From contig MCFH01000018.1 in NCBI GenBank assembly GCA_002104945.1, positions 124,001-188,000 on the forward strand: 64,000 nt of DNA, written 5' to 3'. The notes under the pieces are model-generated. The model was not told the DNA's origin and made no database searches. It worked only from the letters and a program-made list of their open reading frames with translations. Made by a program: the position numbers and the translations under genes. Source of the DNA: Piromyces finnis finn. Taxonomy: Eukaryota > Fungi > Neocallimastigomycota. This document shows positions 51,701 to 63,644 of the stretch, one piece after another (the first letter of the stretch is position 1; every line of letters begins with the position of its first letter).

Positions 51701-54700
51701 GTTGCAATTAAAAATGCATTCCATCCATCACAATCTTTTTCATTAATATCGACACCTTTCTCATATAAATATTGTAATAGTTCTTTATGACCATTTTGAG
51801 AAGCAATCATAAAAGAATTTTGACATTGATTATTGATATCATTAATGTCAGCATCATGGTCTATTAAATACTTGTATATATTTACATCACCTACTTGGGC
51901 CGCAAAAAGAATTGCACTCCATTCATCACAATCTTTTTCATTAATATCTACATGATTATCCAATAAATATTTAATAATATGTAAATGCTTATTTAGAGTT
52001 GCAATCATTAATGCATTTTGATTATCCTCATTCACTTCATTAATATCAATACCTTTTTCTACTAAATATGTAATAATCTCAAGATGTCCATTTTGGGCAG
52101 CCAACAATAATAAATTCCAATCATTAATATAATAGTCATCAATATTAGACCTATCAAATAAATATTTAACTATTTCAAAATGACCACTTAACGAAGCTAT
52201 CATCAAGGCATTCCAGTTTTTATTATCTTGAAGATAAATATCAATTCCATTCTCTACTAAATATTTTACAATTTTAAAATTATTATTCAAAGAAGCTACA
52301 ATCAATGCATTCTGACCATCATTATTTTGTGTATGAAGATCAACATTATGCTCTACTAAATATGTTATAATATTTAAATAATTATATTGAGCCGCTAATA
52401 AAACAGGACTCCAACCATCATTATCTCTTTCGTCAATATTTGCACCATTTTCTAATAAATATTTTACAATATCCAAAAATCCACTATGACAGGCCATCAT
52501 CAATACATCTTGCCCATAATTATTTTTTTTATGAATATCAGAACCATGATCAACTAAATATTTTACAATTTCAATATGATTATTAAGAGTAGAAGCCATA
52601 AGTGCGTCTTGACCATTACTATTTGTCTTATTAATATTAACCCCACTTTCTACTATACATTTTACAATTTCAAAATTACCATGTTGACATGAAATTAATA
52701 AAACATCTAAAAATATTTTTTCAAGATTATTATCTTCTTTACTTTTTTCTATGATATATTGAACAATTTCTAATGAATCATTTTGAGCTGCAATCATTAT
52801 AGGATTTAAATAATTATTATCTTTTGAAGCATAATCAATGCCATTATCAATTAAATATTTTGATATTTCAACATTTTTCTTTTTAGAAGAATATGTCAAA
52901 GCATTCCACCCATCACAATCTCTATCGTTCATATTAATTTCTTCCTCAATTAAATATTTAATTATATCTAAATTTTCATTTTCTGTGGCAATAATTAATG
53001 CATTTTGCCCATTTATGTTTTTTTCATTTATTTTTTCACCTTTATTATATAAATACTTTACAATTTCTAAATGATTATTTTGAACAGCGATAATTAATGA
53101 GTTTCGTCCACTATAATCTTTCTCATTTAATTTAACTCCGTTATTAATTAAACATTCTACTACTCCTAACTGATTTTTTTGGGATGCAATCATTAGAGCA
53201 TTTGAGCCAAATGCATCTTTATCATTTATATCAATACCTAATTGACATAAATATTTTACCATATCAATTTGATTATTTTGAGACGCTAACATTAAAGAAT
53301 TTCTTCCATTATAATCTTTTGCTATATACTTTATATTATGTTCTATCAAATATTTTGCAATATTTAAAAAGCCCTTTTTTGCAGCATAAAATAATGCATT
53401 CCAATTATTATTGTCACAATCATTAATATTAATACCTACTTTTATTAAATATTTTACTATATCAAACTGATTATTTTGAACAGCAATCATTAATGCATTT
53501 TTTCCTTTATTATCTTTTTCACTTAAATCTCTACCTTTTTTAAATAAATATTTAACAATACCAATATTACCTTTTTTAACAGAATAAAAAAAGGCATCCC
53601 ATCCATCACTATTCTTTTCATGGATATTAACACCAGACTCTACTAAATATTTTACAATTTCAAAGTTGTTCTTCTGAGAGGCTGCAATTAATAATTCTGA
53701 ACCTTCATTTTCCATTTGCACGTTCATACTTTTTTCTACTAAATATTTTATAATTTCTTTATTTGTACTTTGTGAAGCAATAGTAATAGCAGTTAAACCA
53801 TTTCTGTTTTCTTTACAACAATCTAATCCATTTTCATATAATAATTTTACCAATTCAAAATTACCATTTTGACAGGCATGCATTAATGCATTCCAATCTC
53901 CTGTATCTGCTTCATTTATATTATCACCATGTTCGATTAAATATTTTACAATATCATAATAACCCATACTAGCAGAAATTAAAAATGGATTACGACCATT
54001 GTTATTTTTTAAAGTTAAATTTGCCCCAATTTCAACTAATACTTGAACAACACCAATGTTATTATTTCTACATGCTAACATTAAAGCATTCCACCCATTT
54101 TCATCTTTTTCATCAATATCAATACCTTCTAGTTGAGTAAGATATTCTACAATTTGTATATTATTATTTTCAGACGCTAAAATCAAAGCTGTTTTTCCTT
54201 TAAAATTACGTATATTAATATTACATCCTTGTTCCACTAAAAATTGAACAACATCAAAATTACCATTTTGTGACGCCAAGAGTAATGGTGTCCATCCTTC
54301 TATGTCACATTCATTCATATCCATTCCCATTGATATTAAGTAATCCATAATATTTAAATGTCCACTATCAGAAGCAAACATTAATGTATTCCATTTATCA
54401 TTATCAGTATCTAGCATATTTGCTCCATGATATATTAAATATTGAATGATATCTAAATGACCATTTTGTGTAGCAATCATTAATGCATTTTGGCCATCCC
54501 TATTTTTCTCATTAATGTCTATTCCTTTCTTTATTAAAAATTTTACTATCTCTAAATTTCCATTGAATGATTCTGTCATTAAAATATTCCAGTTATTATC
54601 ATTTTTTTCATTTATATTTATACCATTATCTATTAAAAATTTGACTATTTCAGTATGACCATTATCAGATGCAAACATAAGCGCATTATTACCTTTTGAA

Positions 54701-55251
54701 CTTTTTTCATTTATATTTACATTACAATTTACTAAAAACTGAACAACCTCCAAATGACCACTATCTGATGCTAACATTAATGCATTCCAACCATCCGTAT
54801 TTTTTTCCTCTAATTTTGCACCTTTACTGTACAAAAAACGTGCTATATCTACATGACCATTATCACATGCAAACATTATAGCATTCCAATTGTTTTTACT
54901 TTTTGCCTCAATATCTATTCCACATTCACATAAATAGTATACAGCTTCTTCATGACCATTTTGGCAAGCAATCATTAATGATGTTATCCCATTAAGATCT
55001 TTAATGTTTACATCAACACCTCGTTCCACTAAACGCTTAATAACATCTACATTTCCTTTTTCTGATGCAAACATAAACAAAGCCACATCACTTTCACTTG
55101 AAGTATTTTCTATTTTATTAAGATTTATTGTTTTTGTAATAGATTCAGTTACATTTTTTTTTAGACTTTCTCTTGAAGACTTCTGCGAATGTGATGGGCT
55201 TTTGAAATTAACATTAATATTTAATTCCTTATCCTTTGCTTTTTTTTCCAT
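45757..55251 (-). CDS. Giant ankyrin-repeat protein (3164 aa), intronless, no other recognisable domain
   Basis: Near-continuous ~33-aa repeats of the form GxNALMxAxxxGHLEIVKYLxxxGxxINEK; about 90 repeats estimated from length. Confidence 0.93.
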   Translation of the reverse strand: MEKKAKDKELNINVNFKSPSHSQKSSRESLKKNVTESITKTINLNKIENTSSESDVALFMFASEKGNVDVIKRLVERGVDVNIKDLNGITSLMIACQNGHEEAVYYLCECGIDIEAKSKNNWNAIMFACDNGHVDIARFLYSKGAKLEEKNTDGWNALMLASDSGHLEVVQFLVNCNVNINEKSSKGNNALMFASDNGHTEIVKFLIDNGININEKNDNNWNILMTESFNGNLEIVKFLIKKGIDINEKNRDGQNALMIATQNGHLDIIQYLIYHGANMLDTDNDKWNTLMFASDSGHLNIMDYLISMGMDMNECDIEGWTPLLLASQNGNFDVVQFLVEQGCNINIRNFKGKTALILASENNNIQIVEYLTQLEGIDIDEKDENGWNALMLACRNNNIGVVQVLVEIGANLTLKNNNGRNPFLISASMGYYDIVKYLIEHGDNINEADTGDWNALMHACQNGNFELVKLLYENGLDCCKENRNGLTAITIASQSTNKEIIKYLVEKSMNVQMENEGSELLIAASQKNNFEIVKYLVESGVNIHEKNSDGWDAFFYSVKKGNIGIVKYLFKKGRDLSEKDNKGKNALMIAVQNNQFDIVKYLIKVGININDCDNNNWNALFYAAKKGFLNIAKYLIEHNIKYIAKDYNGRNSLMLASQNNQIDMVKYLCQLGIDINDKDAFGSNALMIASQKNQLGVVECLINNGVKLNEKDYSGRNSLIIAVQNNHLEIVKYLYNKGEKINEKNINGQNALIIATENENLDIIKYLIEEEINMNDRDCDGWNALTYSSKKKNVEISKYLIDNGIDYASKDNNYLNPIMIAAQNDSLEIVQYIIEKSKEDNNLEKIFLDVLLISCQHGNFEIVKCIVESGVNINKTNSNGQDALMASTLNNHIEIVKYLVDHGSDIHKKNNYGQDVLMMACHSGFLDIVKYLLENGANIDERDNDGWSPVLLAAQYNYLNIITYLVEHNVDLHTQNNDGQNALIVASLNNNFKIVKYLVENGIDIYLQDNKNWNALMIASLSGHFEIVKYLFDRSNIDDYYINDWNLLLLAAQNGHLEIITYLVEKGIDINEVNEDNQNALMIATLNKHLHIIKYLLDNHVDINEKDCDEWSAILFAAQVGDVNIYKYLIDHDADINDINNQCQNSFMIASQNGHKELLQYLYEKGVDINEKDCDGWNAFLIATLNNHIEIVSYLISIHMNVNEKSNNGQNALMIAAKNGHLDIVKFLVDHKANINDKSNIGWNALFLACQHGHLEVVKYLINCGINLKERSTKNNNALMIAAQYGFLEVVKYLIKSKISINVKNDTGRNAMLLAAMNGHINVINYLIESGSNIDERDYYGWNALMIATQNNQLDLIVYLIVNGINVNGKSNEGTTSLMIAAQKGYINIVKYLHQRGININEKDLEGWNALHMASHEGFIEIVKYLVDSGINIDDVNSKNNNALMIATQGGHYEIVKYLVDKGAKLDAKDVDGWNALMFASLYGYNNIVKYLVNKGLNVNDKDNNGWNALMIASQKGYRDIVKYLYEKGSNINEKNNNGQNALIITSESGHIEIVKFLVKHGININEKSNKGNNILLFAADNGHLEIVKYLIDNGININEKNSYGWNALLLASQKGYYEIIKYLIEKGANINEKDLNGWNSLLHSSQIGNIDVVKYLIEKGINKYEKSNKGNNALMIAAQNGHVDIVKYLSDNGMDISERNRNGLNALMLASKNGNLNVIKFLVRNGVMVDEVDNNGWDAILYSAKNGHAEAINYFTTHVQYMNNPNYNYSSAISIAYKNNFQDITEYLIRFCNKININGEIGKSVFLYATENAHITTIEYLINKGIYIDTQNSNNETALMIAAKSGQLSILKYLIENHAEISIKDSCGSNVLIAASEKGYINIIEFLLNKGINIMDKNYLGQNALMVASQNDHVEVVKFLIKNGIDVNESTNEGMTALMYAAQNNNTSIIQILLDNGADINETTNAGLSALMLACQKGHLETIKFLIQMNALINYHDNNGYSALMHSVKNGNDTIIKYLIDNGANVNDSDEKGITPLLLAAEYGLLNIIKCIIENKGDIYKKDINGNNIIIVSTLNNQYSTIEYLLTRYNNIDDKNNEGWSSLLYATKLGNLNIIKILLKNGADINICNNQGFNALMIASENKFDKICSFLIVNGININEKDNNGETALMYASTNNQLEIIKQLIELKVNIYENDNFGNNALIYAVRNNNYEIMDYFIKIGLNINEFNFKKENIYIIAAEKGYIDIINYLEKMDSDIYEKNKEAVLESIIIKESGKRESVYNYLNFFDNQVKKDNDFSILDAIVFKNKEKLKMLIESGSDINEKDFKGKNGLIFAIKYGNDEIIKYLVDKKININDKDLKDSTALFYACKKGSNFVVKYLIDKGAAINEKCQYNMDALMIASKKGHTDIVKFLIEKGAKNNGKDIMGSNALIYAIENEHYDIANILIKEGANIHEKNKYGYNSFYYAVEHGSLNLVKILIENGVNINEKFENNVTALMVASKNGYKEIVKYLLSRNNINTNDKDNDGMSAIIHAIINQKRDIADLLLNNNVNILDKDKKSRDIFYYSIKFGYKNYVEEFLKRGLNINEKYKHGITPLMLASKYGNKDIVKLLLENGAHVNTVSDNNLNAFILAAKGGYKDIVKLLKESGAKVNEKDKQNMDALKYAAQNGYFNIVEYLVNEGAFINEAGNCNSLYYACKTGHKYIVEYLIEKGAIINKCYQQLSELMIATKNGYLDIVQSLFIHFDKYYKIYYSDYFDEFKILLSAAAHNNLNIMEYLISQNLNINEFDSNKRTPIMMACRNGNISIVKLLLSHNCEINAKDKDSMNALMFAVDNGHKEIVKLLIDNGAYINEKNNKYQTALQIAYRRGHYEIIKYLLKKDALVYNWESLFMSTSEPNNDIIKCLFKYKPSFDKDIALSYALKNNNLDIIKFLIDKGMNVNSYGPNGETALSLAVTNGNYEYVKYFVEKGAVIDLFDNDYKTALMISSSKGFLDITKYLVSKGAKINKRTLFNMTSLMFATMNGKSSIVEYLVECKAGVNNKGKNGMTPLMLASAGGHEDIVKYLIKKKAKINIYSKKKWTALMYATRYDHINVVKCLLENGSKVNLKNIKGMNAYMIAEKYKHENIKNYLLNKGAKKKLNYIDSIRYKQAQKYMKSINSFDQ

Positions 55252-55306
55252 TTGTTCATGATTTAAATACTACTTTAATACATAAGTTTATTTTATTAAT
55301 ATTATT

Positions 55307-55539
<233 letters not shown>

Positions 55540-57705
55540 TCTTTATTTTAATTATTTTAGTGGTAGTAGTAATTATTTAGCAATATTTTAACAAATTAAT
55601 AAGAATTCCGAAGTTCATTTATTTATTTAATATATCTATTTCTTTATTGTTATTTTAAATGCTATTATTTATTTTTTTTAATAATTAAGCTTTTTTTTAT
55701 TAACCAAAAAAAAATAATAATAATGAAAGGTTAAAATTATCTATAAATAAATAATATAAGATATTAATAAAAATTAAAAATATTAATTATTAATTATGAT
55801 TAAATAAAAAATTTTATAATACCGAATATAGATTAAGAGGATTATAGTTTTTCATTACTAGGTTATAATAACCACCAATAATAAAAAAAGAAGAAGAAAA
55901 AGAAATAAAAATGAAAAACAATCAAAAAACATGAAAAGTTAATATATATATATAATTTTTTATTACCTTTTTTCTTTTTTTGTTATATTTAAAGTTCGTT
56001 AATATGCAAAATAATAATATTTAAGATTAAACTCTTGTTAATTATACACTTATTGTTTAAATAATGAAAAATAACAATAATTCTAAATATTATAATAAAT
56101 TTTATATTAGTTAAAAAGATTGCAATTTTTATTTAATTGACTTTAATTCATTTTTTATCATATATTTTACTATTTTATGAAAATTATTAAATGTTTTAAT
56201 TCAAAAAAAAAAAAAAAAAAAAAAAAAATCAATAGATTTAGAACTAAAAACAAATTCATTCAATAATTATATATATATATATTTATTTAAATAACAATAG
56301 TTTCAAATATAATTAAAACTATTTAACTCTTAAATAATTCATAAAAATAGATAAACAATCATTATTATAATTATAATACTTAAAATAAATTACTTTATTA
56401 CTGTTTATTAATATAGGTATAAATTTAAGAAATAATTCATAATCTTTTACTTTTATGCAAATAAAAATATTGTTATTTTTCATAAAAAATATTATTATAT
56501 ATATAGGTATTATTATTTATATTATTAAAAATATTATGTAATTCATATCCTTTAGCGGTAATATCATAATATTATAATATTATTTATTTAGTAATTTCAT
56601 TTAGTTATAATAAAAACAATAAGAATACTTATTTTTCTAGTTTGAAAGGGTTTCTATATAAGAGTATTAATATATGATAACACAGAACTTAAATATATTC
56701 AAATTAACTACATGAGATGAATGATTAGTTTTTTTTATATTGTTGTAGTAATTTATTATTAGTTCATTTAGCACTTATATAAGTGTTGAATTATAATGAG
56801 GTGTTTTTTTTTATTATTTAACCCTAATAATTAATTATAATAATTATATATTATACATAAAAATTATATTTTAAAATCCCACAATTTTAAACGTTACAAT
56901 AATATAGAAATAAATATAATATATAATATGAAATATTAGTAATTTCTATATTCAATATATAAAAGTATTTTACATAATTTTATAGGAACTTTAATTATTT
57001 AATAATAAAAATGATTAAGTAAATATAGATTCATATCAAAAAAAGATTTCATATATAAATCTACATTAGCGTACAGAGGAATATAAAATTAATATTAAAT
57101 ATAATAGAAAAGTAAAGTACAAGTCATATAGTTAATAAAGTTTTTCAACATTTTATATAACTGCCTATTATAATTTTTAATATAATTAAAAAAAAAAAGA
57201 TAAACATCATAATTCTAGAATCTCTAATTTTTTTTTATTAAAAAATTTTCAAAAAAAAATAAATTAAAAAATTAAAATTTATATATGTTGTGTTACATAA
57301 TTGCCATTTCATAATTGTGAATATAAAATAAAACTTTAACCAATACATTTCAAATTATTATGAATAATTAGTTATATTTTATATATTTATATATTATAAA
57401 GTTTATAGATTTAATATATTTAATATATGATTCAAATAATAAAAAAAAAGAAAGAAAAATCTAAAACATAATGAAAATGTATAAATATTGCTAAATTTAG
57501 CTCTTTTTTTTTTTTTTGAAACTTTTAAATTCGTTTTATATTTCATATATATATATAAGAAAAAGTAAAAACAAAAAAAAAAATAAAAATAAAATAAGAT
57601 AAATAAAAAAAAAAAAAAGTAAAAAAAAAAATTAACTAAAAAAGAAGGAATTAAAAAAAAAATTATAAACCCAGAAATTTACATTTGTCTATAATATAGA
57701 AAAAA

Positions 57706-60700
57706 ATGTTGTTTAGTCAATTGAAAACATTGCTTTGGCGAAATATCATATTAAAAAAGAGAGGGATAGTTCTTACTCTTCTAGAAATTATTGTTCCATT
57801 TATAATCATTTTAATTATAGGTAATTATATTTTATTTAATTTAAATAAAACAATTAACATTTAATTTTAATTTATTTCTATAATTGCCTTCAAATATATG
57901 CTTTTAATATTTATTAATATATTTTATTGTTATACTTAACAATATATACTATTAAATGTATTAATATTTACATTTCTCTTTAGCACAATATTCAAAATAC
58001 GAAAATATACATATTAATTATGGAGATTATAATAATTCAACTCTAAATTCCCTTGACGATATAAATAATTTGTTTACTGAAACTAGTTTTTTAAATCAAT
58101 TAGTATTAGATATAGTTTTTTCTTCAGATTATAATGATCAACAGAAAAATACATTATTAGAAAATATTAAATCAAATAGTTTATTTTCTAGTATGAATTT
58201 TATTCAAAAAGAACAGAATTTTACATTAGAAGAAGAAAATATAATAGAAGATTATAATGAATATTTAGATAATAAATATAATGATTTAGAAATGGTAGAA
58301 GATTATAATAAACCTATAAATAAAATATATGAATACAAAGTTTATGTTTCGTCTAAGGAATTAGAAATGGAAAAAAATTATCAAAAGATGGTTAGATATA
58401 ATGAAAAGTATTCTAATGCTGCTACGGAACTATTATATTATGGAATTGTATTTAAATCACTTTCAAAATATACTATATATTTTTATTACCCTGATAATGA
58501 TGAATTAGTAACTCATTTAAAAGTAAGTGAAGATGACTATTATAGAAATGAATGGAAAACGCAACTAATTATCATAAAAAATGTTATAGATAAATCATTA
58601 GTGAAAATGTTAACTAATATTCAAGATTTTACTATTAGTACAAAATTTATGGATAGTAAAGGTTATACGGATGTTAAGAGAAAGAATAAGCTTAATGATT
58701 TCATTCCATTTTTGATGACTTTTTATTTCGTTCCTTGCATGTTTTCTTTACTTGCTAATTTAGTAATAGAAAAGGAATCAAGAATAAAAGAATCACTTGT
58801 AATTATTGGTTTAAAAAAATCAAGCTTCTGGATATCATGGGCTATTACTTATGGAATTATAATTACAGTCAGTACAATATTAGTTACAATTGCAATGTAT
58901 TACTTTAAATTATTTTTATATATTCATTTTAGTGTAACATTTGTTGTATTGATTATCTTTGGTTTAAGTTGCTGTTGTATATCATTTATTTTATCAACAA
59001 TGATAAAAAAAGCCAGAACTGCTAACACTATAAGTATAATGATCATTATTTTATTTTTTTCCATGTACTTTTTACAAAGTTATTTAAAAAAATACAAAAC
59101 ATATTATATTATTTGTAGTTTTATTTTATCACCAATTTCTTTTCTTGGAATATTCAATAATCTTATTACATATGAAGAAAATAAATTACCAGTCACTTTT
59201 ATAACTATCTTTGGTAATGAAACATTAAAGTATACCTTTTTGACTTTAATTGGTGCATTTATTCTTTATCTCTTAATTGCTATTTATTTAGATAATGTAT
59301 TACCTCAAGGTAATAATTTCCATAAAAAATGGCATTTCTTTATTACTGGCTTATTCCATCGTAAATATAAAAAAAGTGACGATGAAAAAAGTAATATTGA
59401 AAATCCATATATTGAAAAAGATCCTACTGGTTTAAATAAAGCTGTTGAAGTTAGGAATATTAGAAAGAATTTTAAAGTAAAAGGTGAAACAATAGAAATA
59501 TTAAAAAATATTAATTTTAATGCATATTATGATGAAATATTCGCTATTTTGGGACATAATGGTGCTGGTAAAACTACTTTAATGAGTATTATGACAGGTA
59601 TTCTTTCTTCTACTCGTGGTGGTGTATATTATGATAATATACCAATTACCGGAAATGAAACAGATATTTGTAAGCAATTTGGTTATTGTCCGCAATTTGA
59701 TACTTTAAATAATAATTTAACAGTTGGAGAACATATCAAATTATTTGCAGGTATTAAGGATGTTAAAATTGATGTTGATGAAGTACTTAAAAATATTGAT
59801 TTATTGGAAAAAAAGAACAACTTTCCAAAAGAACTTAGTGGTGGTCAGAAAAGAAAACTATGTATTTCTTTAGCTCTTTTAGGTTCACCAAAATATGTCT
59901 TTTTAGATGAACCAACTACAGGCCTTGATCCATATTCAAGAAAGAATATATGGGAAATTCTATCAAATAAAAAGAAAGGATGTGTAATGTTTGTTACTAC
60001 ACATTATATGGATGAAGCTGATCTTTTAGCTGATAGAAAAATGATTATTTCTAATGGTAATATTACATGTTTAGGTACAAGTCTTTTCTTAAAAAATAAG
60101 TTCAATATGAATTATTCACTTGATGTTCATGTTAAAAATATGAATTATATAAATTATATTGATAACATTATTGATCAGTATTGTCCAGGATTTTCACAAA
60201 ACAAAATAATAAGTAATACCAATAATCAAGTTAAAGAAGAATCAAATTTAGGCCAGTCTGAAGAATATATCGTCACTTATTTATTACCAATAAAGTATTC
60301 TAAATCATTTAAGGATATTTTTGAAGGATTAAACATGCTAATTAAGGATAAAAGAAATAGTATTGAAAACTTTTCTTTAACTGCCCCAACATTAGAAGAG
60401 CTTTTTATTAAATTAGAGAATAATGAAATAAAAAGTAATGAAAATAAAAGCTTAACTAATGTTTCTTCCATTGATATGAATAATGATAGAGAAAAGTTTA
60501 TAAATAAATTAGAAACAATATTCAGTAAAACAAGAATTAATAATTCATCATTTTTACGTCAAGTGTTTGCAATTATTAAGATTCGTTTAAAGATATTCTT
60601 AAGAAATAAAACTTTTGCTATTCTCTATACTTTATTACCAATTACGCTTATTGTATTAAGTATTTATTTAGAAAATAAGGTAATCAAAGCCATTAATGAG

Positions 60701-63190
60701 CCGATAGAATTTGATTCAATAAACATAAATACAAATCTTTATGAAAATGGAAAATGGTTTAAAGATACAAATTCATCAGGTCAAGGATTAGAAATTATTG
60801 ATAAAATAAATAACAGTTTAAGAAAGCCATTAGAATCTGAAGATTATGAAAATAATCTTACAATTTCATCGGGTAAATTAACACCTGATATTAATTATAT
60901 TGGTGGATTTAAAAGTATTGGTAATGATAATAAAAATTTAGAATTTGTTATTTATAAAAATGCAACATACTTTTATTCTGATGCTATTGGATTAAATGCA
61001 CTTAATAATGCAATTCTTGATTATTATAATGTAAAAGAACAAATAGCAACAGCCTTTAAACCATTTAGTATAGTTATTAATGCTAATGAATATAACGAAA
61101 ATGATAAAGATGACATGATAAATATTGCACCAGAATTATTGAAAATGATTTTAGAACCAGTATTAATTGTAGGAATGGCTTTAGCAATTTCGGTATCAAT
61201 ATCTATTTATGGTCCATTAATTGTAAAAGAAAGAGAGGATGGTATAACTCATCAACTCTATTTAAATGGTACAAAGCATTTGAGTTATTGGGTTGGTGTT
61301 TTATTAAGTGATTCTATTTGTATTTTATTCCCAACGCTTCTTATTGGTGTTGTTGGTTATTTCAATGATATTAGTATATATAATCTTAAAATAGTTATAT
61401 ACACAATAGTTGCTACTTTATTATGGATAATTGGTAGTTTATTAAATCAATATATTATTAGTTATATGTTTAAGAAGTATGAAAGAGCTTCAACATTATT
61501 TATTATCATTAACCCAATTCTTAGTCTCTTTATTGGTATTTATGCTTTGGTTATAGCGATTATTAGTAATACGGTTGATAATCTAAATGGTAATAATGAA
61601 GAAACATCAAATTCAACAAAAAGTCAATATATATTCTATGGTGCTTTAGTATTATATTTCCCAGCTGCTATTATTTACATCTATACAAAACTTTCAACAT
61701 ATATTATTATCAAGAAAATTACAATGAATTCTTCAGACATTGTTAGTTTTATGACTTCAGATGATGTCATTAAAATTATGAACAGTAGTCTCGATAGTAA
61801 TGAGAAGGGTAAAGAAATTTCAAAATTATTCTTTGATAAAAAAATGCCAACACTCACTGATCTTTTAAAATTAAAAGAAGGTTTTGTTACTTTGATTATA
61901 GTGGCTATAGTAATAATCATAATATATACATTAATACTTGTATTTATTGAAAAAGAAAAGGATAAAAATATTAAAAAGAATAAAAGTTACACTGCTAATG
62001 AACGTAAAAGACTTGATGAAAAAATAATGGAAGGACCAAATGATGTTAAAAATGAATGGAAAAAAATTCAACAATCTTTAGATGGAAGTAACCAAAACAA
62101 TAATATAGCATTAAAGATATATGAATTAAATAAAAGCTTCAATATCACCATTGAAGAAATGAGAAAAAGAAATAAAAAGAATAAAGAAAGTAAGGATGGT
62201 AAAGAAAATAATAAGAATGAAAAAAGTGCTTTCCAAAGAATGGATGATAGAGTTACTTTTGATAAAGCTACTAAAAAATATAACAATCGCATCGTTGATG
62301 ATGTCACTTTCGGAGTAAATGTTGGTGAATGTCTAGGTCTTTTAGGTCCAAATGGTGCTGGTAAAACTACTTCTATTTCAATGATTACTGGTATTTTATC
62401 TCACACTCACGGAAAAATTGTCTATGGAAACCATGATTTAAATGAAACAAAAATTAGTGATTTATCATTAGGTTATTGTTCTCAGCATGATTCCCTCTGG
62501 AAATTACTTACTGTAAAAGAAACTATTCAATTCTATCTTAATATTTGTGGATACCCAAAAAAGGATATTCCTCATTTCACTAAAGCTTTAACCGAGGCTT
62601 GTGGTATAGAGATTCATAGAAACAAAAAGGTCAGAGAAATTAGTGGTGGTACAAAGCGTAAGCTTTCATTAATTATTGCTATATGTTCCTCACCAAATTA
62701 CCTTATTCTAGATGAACCAAGTGCTGGTATGGATCCATTTACTCGTCGTTACATGTGGAAGCTTATTACTGAATTAAAGAATTCTCGTGAAACTGCTACT
62801 ATATTAACTACTCACTCTACTGAAGAAGCTGAAGCACTCTGTGATCGTATTGCTATTTTAATTAAAGGACGTTTAGTTTGTATTGATACTCCAAGAAGTA
62901 TTAAGATGAATCATAATAATTGTTATACACTCGAAGTTTTCACTGATCATCCAGAACAATTTGAAAAGGAAGTTGTTAAGAATTGTAATCTTTTTGGTCC
63001 AGGTGAAACCTATGAATTAGAATCCTTTATTAATTACCAAAAGTACACAGTTACTATGAAAATTGAAAATATTGCTAATGTCTTTTCTGTTATGGAAGAA
63101 GCTAAAGAAAATGGTATTGTAAAACAATACAACTTTGGACAATATTCTCTTGAACAAGTTTTTATTAATTTTGTCAATAATACCAAATAA
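57706..63190 (+). CDS. Full-size ABC transporter, ABCA subfamily (TMD-NBD-TMD-NBD); 1 intron near 57821-57983
   Basis: N-terminal QLKTLLWRNIILKKR..LLEIIVP; VIEKESRIKESL; Walker A GHNGAGKTT and GPNGAGKTT; LSGGQKRKL and ISGGTKRKL; LDEPTTGLDP and LDEPSAGMDP; SLEQVFINF. Confidence 0.95.
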
Positions 63191-63644
63191 ATCTCAAAAT
63201 CTCACGTTTTAATTAAACTATAAAAGAAAACAATAAATAAAAAAAAAGTACTTTAAAATATAATAATAAGCATAAAAATTTTTTAATATTTTAGTATAAA
63301 ATAATACAAAAATAAATTAAAATTAGGAATTAAAAAAAAAAAAAAAAAAACTAAAAATTTTATAAAATAAAATAGAAAATAAAATAGAAAATATTTTTTT
63401 TATGTTTTTGCTTTATTCTGTGTGTGTAATCTCAATTATATATAAAAAGAAAAGTAATATTGGTAATTTATCTATAATATTACCAAAATATATGTTTCAA
63501 AAATTTTTTTTACATAGTACATCAGTTAAAAAAAAAAAAAAAAATATCCTTTGAAATAATTCTAAATAATACATTTATATAAAAAAAAATTTTTTTTTTT
63601 TTTTATTATTAAAACAAAAACACAAAAAATATATAAATAAAAGA

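Noticed and set aside
46379-54881. Several short + strand ORFs antisense to the ankyrin gene, and similar ones over TBCE, ABCA and the LINEs
   Set aside because: Shadow ORFs of real coding sequence with no recognisable motifs.
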